Positions 33,331 to 35,018 of a DNA stretch of 35,018 nucleotides are shown piece by piece (the stretch's first letter is position 1; each line of letters begins with the position of its first letter). Made by a program: the position numbers and the translations under genes. The notes below the pieces were generated by a model. It was given only the letters and a program-made list of their open reading frames with translations. It was not told where the DNA came from and did no database searches. Source of the DNA: Rhodobacter sp. (lineage in GTDB: Bacteria; Pseudomonadota; Alphaproteobacteria; Rhodobacterales; Rhodobacteraceae); the NCBI GenBank assembly GCA_003536295.1, contig DPZQ01000102.1:3004-38021 (forward strand). Reading direction: 5' to 3'.

Positions 33331-35018
33331 GTCACGCCAAAGCTACTATAGGGTAAAAAACGGATCAAATCACCGGGTGATATGTCAACTGCCTCATCTG
33401 GCAGCTCAACCAACCCATTGGCCCATGACAGACCACTGATACGTCCCGACCCTTCTGAGCCAAAGATCTCCACTTTCCCTTTTTCAGTCATTTTGGCACG
33501 CAGATATTCTCGACGTCCGGCTTTTTTGCGTTTAAAAAAGGCCGCGGGCAGCCAAAACCCCTGGGGTTCGGGCCACTCGCCTCCTGCCAAACGCGAAAGT
33601 GCAGGATAGCCGAAAATCAATGCACAAACTAATGCCGCAACAGGATTACCAGGCAGGCCAATCACTGGCACCCCTTGCCAAAGCGCCAGCGCTAAGGGGC
33701 GCCCGGGTTTCATTGCAATACGCCAGCTTGTGAGATGCCCATGCTCTGATAAAAGCCGAGAAACATGATCTTCGTCCCCCGCCGAGGCGCCGCCTGAGGT
33801 CAAGATCACATCAACCAACTTTGCGGCCCTATCAAGGGCTCGAGCTATTTGGCGCGGACGGTCTGGCTGATGGCCCAGATCAACTGCCTCATATCCCCAG
33901 CCTTTCGCAAGTCCAAGGAGCATCGGTCGATTGGCGTCGTAAATCTCATGCGGCAAAGCTGGTAGATAGGCTGAGGGGATAATTTCGTCACCGGTAGACA
34001 AAACCCCAACTCGCAAGGGCCGATATGCCATGACCGATGCAATCCCAAGCGAGGCCAAAAGCGCCAAGTCAGGTGCGCGTATCTTATGACCTGCCGCCAG
34101 AGCGGGCGTGCCAGCCACGACATCTTCGCCCGCTTTGCGGGTGTTCGCGCCCGCTTTGATTGGCCCATCAAACGTGATCGAGGCCACATCAATCGCGCAA
34201 TCTTCTTCTAGCACCACCGTATCGATGCTATCGGGCATAACGGCCCCCGTTAGAATGCGCAAAGCATGGCTCTTTGGCACGCGTCCTTCAAAGGGCTGAC
34301 CTGCCGCCGCGCGCCCTGCCACCAACGGCAGCCGTACCACCCCTCGCATTGTTGTTTTCTCATGGGCAAAACCATAACCATCAACCGCAGAATTGGGCAG
34401 CGGCGGGTTTGAGCGGTGGGCAATCGCATCTTGCGCTAAGATCCGCTCCATCGCCTTGGCAAGGGGCAGGTTTTGCACGGTCGTCACGGGGGACAACACC
34501 TCTTTAAGTCGAGCAAGAGCCTGATCGACTGGGGCCCAAGTTACGCCTTGGGGCATCGCAAATGTATCATTGCGCATGCGTGGCGGTAGTTGCATTGGAG
34601 GCAAGGCTGCGCGCAGCGCCTCTGAGTGGTTTGAGCCCAAAATCTGTGACCCACCTAAAAGCGCGGCAATCTTACCGCTTTGGGCCAATTCAAAAAAGGC
34701 GAGCGCCAAAAGGGAGGCACTGGCTGAGGCTGGGTTTTGACCAAGCTCTTTTGCGGCCTTTACCTCCTGTGCAATAGGCTTTTGGGTGACTTGCGCAAGG
34801 CTAAGTGGCTTTTGTGAAGATTGCTGTGACAAAAGGCCTAGCGCATGCGGTGCGACAAAGCCCATGTTGCTAAAGGCTCCAAGGCTCAGTGGGTTTTGGG
34901 GCGCGTCACTTAGGCCAAGCAAAATCTTTTGGCCTGCATCAAGGGCTTTTTGCACCATGCCGGCCAAAGCGGCCTTGGCTATTGGATCGCGTTCATAGCT
35001 CTGAATTTGTTCACCTTC
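33327..35018 (-). CDS. moeA: molybdopterin molybdo/tungsto-transferase MoeA with an unexplained N-terminal extension, 5-prime end outside the window
   Basis: From about residue 138 of the listed ORF (ATG 34556), the sequence has MoeA length (409 aa) and motifs (NSAVDGYGF, LSTGDE, TSGGASAGDED, GLPGNPVAA). The same frame stays open for 137 codons upstream to 34967 and on to the window edge at 35018. Confidence 0.8.
   Translation of the reverse strand, partial: EGEQIQSYERDPIAKAALAGMVQKALDAGQKILLGLSDAPQNPLSLGAFSNMGFVAPHALGLLSQQSSQKPLSLAQVTQKPIAQEVKAAKELGQNPASASASLLALAFFELAQSGKIAALLGGSQILGSNHSEALRAALPPMQLPPRMRNDTFAMPQGVTWAPVDQALARLKEVLSPVTTVQNLPLAKAMERILAQDAIAHRSNPPLPNSAVDGYGFAHEKTTMRGVVRLPLVAGRAAAGQPFEGRVPKSHALRILTGAVMPDSIDTVVLEEDCAIDVASITFDGPIKAGANTRKAGEDVVAGTPALAAGHKIRAPDLALLASLGIASVMAYRPLRVGVLSTGDEIIPSAYLPALPHEIYDANRPMLLGLAKGWGYEAVDLGHQPDRPRQIARALDRAAKLVDVILTSGGASAGDEDHVSRLLSEHGHLTSWRIAMKPGRPLALALWQGVPVIGLPGNPVAALVCALIFGYPALSRLAGGEWPEPQGFWLPAAFFKRKKAGRREYLRAKMTEKGKVEIFGSEGSGRISGLSWANGLVELPDEAVDISPGDLIRFLPYSSFGVT

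Overview
This 35-kb chromosomal window is probably alphaproteobacterial. The cues are CcrM, a DUF1013/TrcR-like gene, mutY next to a DUF721 gene, and a waaA-lpxK pair. The synteny looks Rhodobacterales-like and the GC content looks moderate by eye; neither was computed. I recognised no rRNA, tRNA, CRISPR array, transposase or phage gene.

The first third (1-12.7 kb) is housekeeping. It carries the TrcR-like regulator, a HI0933-type flavoprotein, RNase HII, CcrM, MutY, a DciA-like DUF721 protein, a DsbA-like oxidoreductase, a family III CoA-transferase, WaaA, LpxK, and a DEAD-box helicase with a long repetitive basic tail.

The rest (12.7-35 kb) is a formate-oxidation and W/Mo-cofactor neighbourhood with three parts:
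- A Tat-exported, Cys-type, membrane-linked formate dehydrogenase (Tat small subunit, alpha, beta, extended gamma). It is preceded by TorD-like, DUF3306-like and DUF3305-like genes. It is followed by a 41-codon ORF and a degenerate NtrC-family regulator.
- A divergent, translationally coupled operon encoding a 651-aa polyferredoxin, a 66-aa protein, an Mrp/ApbC ATPase, a degenerate biotin/lipoate-ligase-fold protein and a 159-aa protein.
- A cytoplasmic NAD-linked formate dehydrogenase whose beta subunit is a NuoE-NuoF fusion. It is read in the same direction as a TupBCA-type tungstate transporter and is followed by a TusA-like gene and a MoeA gene with an unexplained N-terminal extension.

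The most interesting candidate for an undescribed system is the set of about seven uncharacterised, tightly coupled cytoplasmic genes flanking the Tat-FDH (20.0-26.1 kb).

All family calls rest on by-eye motif recognition of the supplied translations. No searches or alignments were run.
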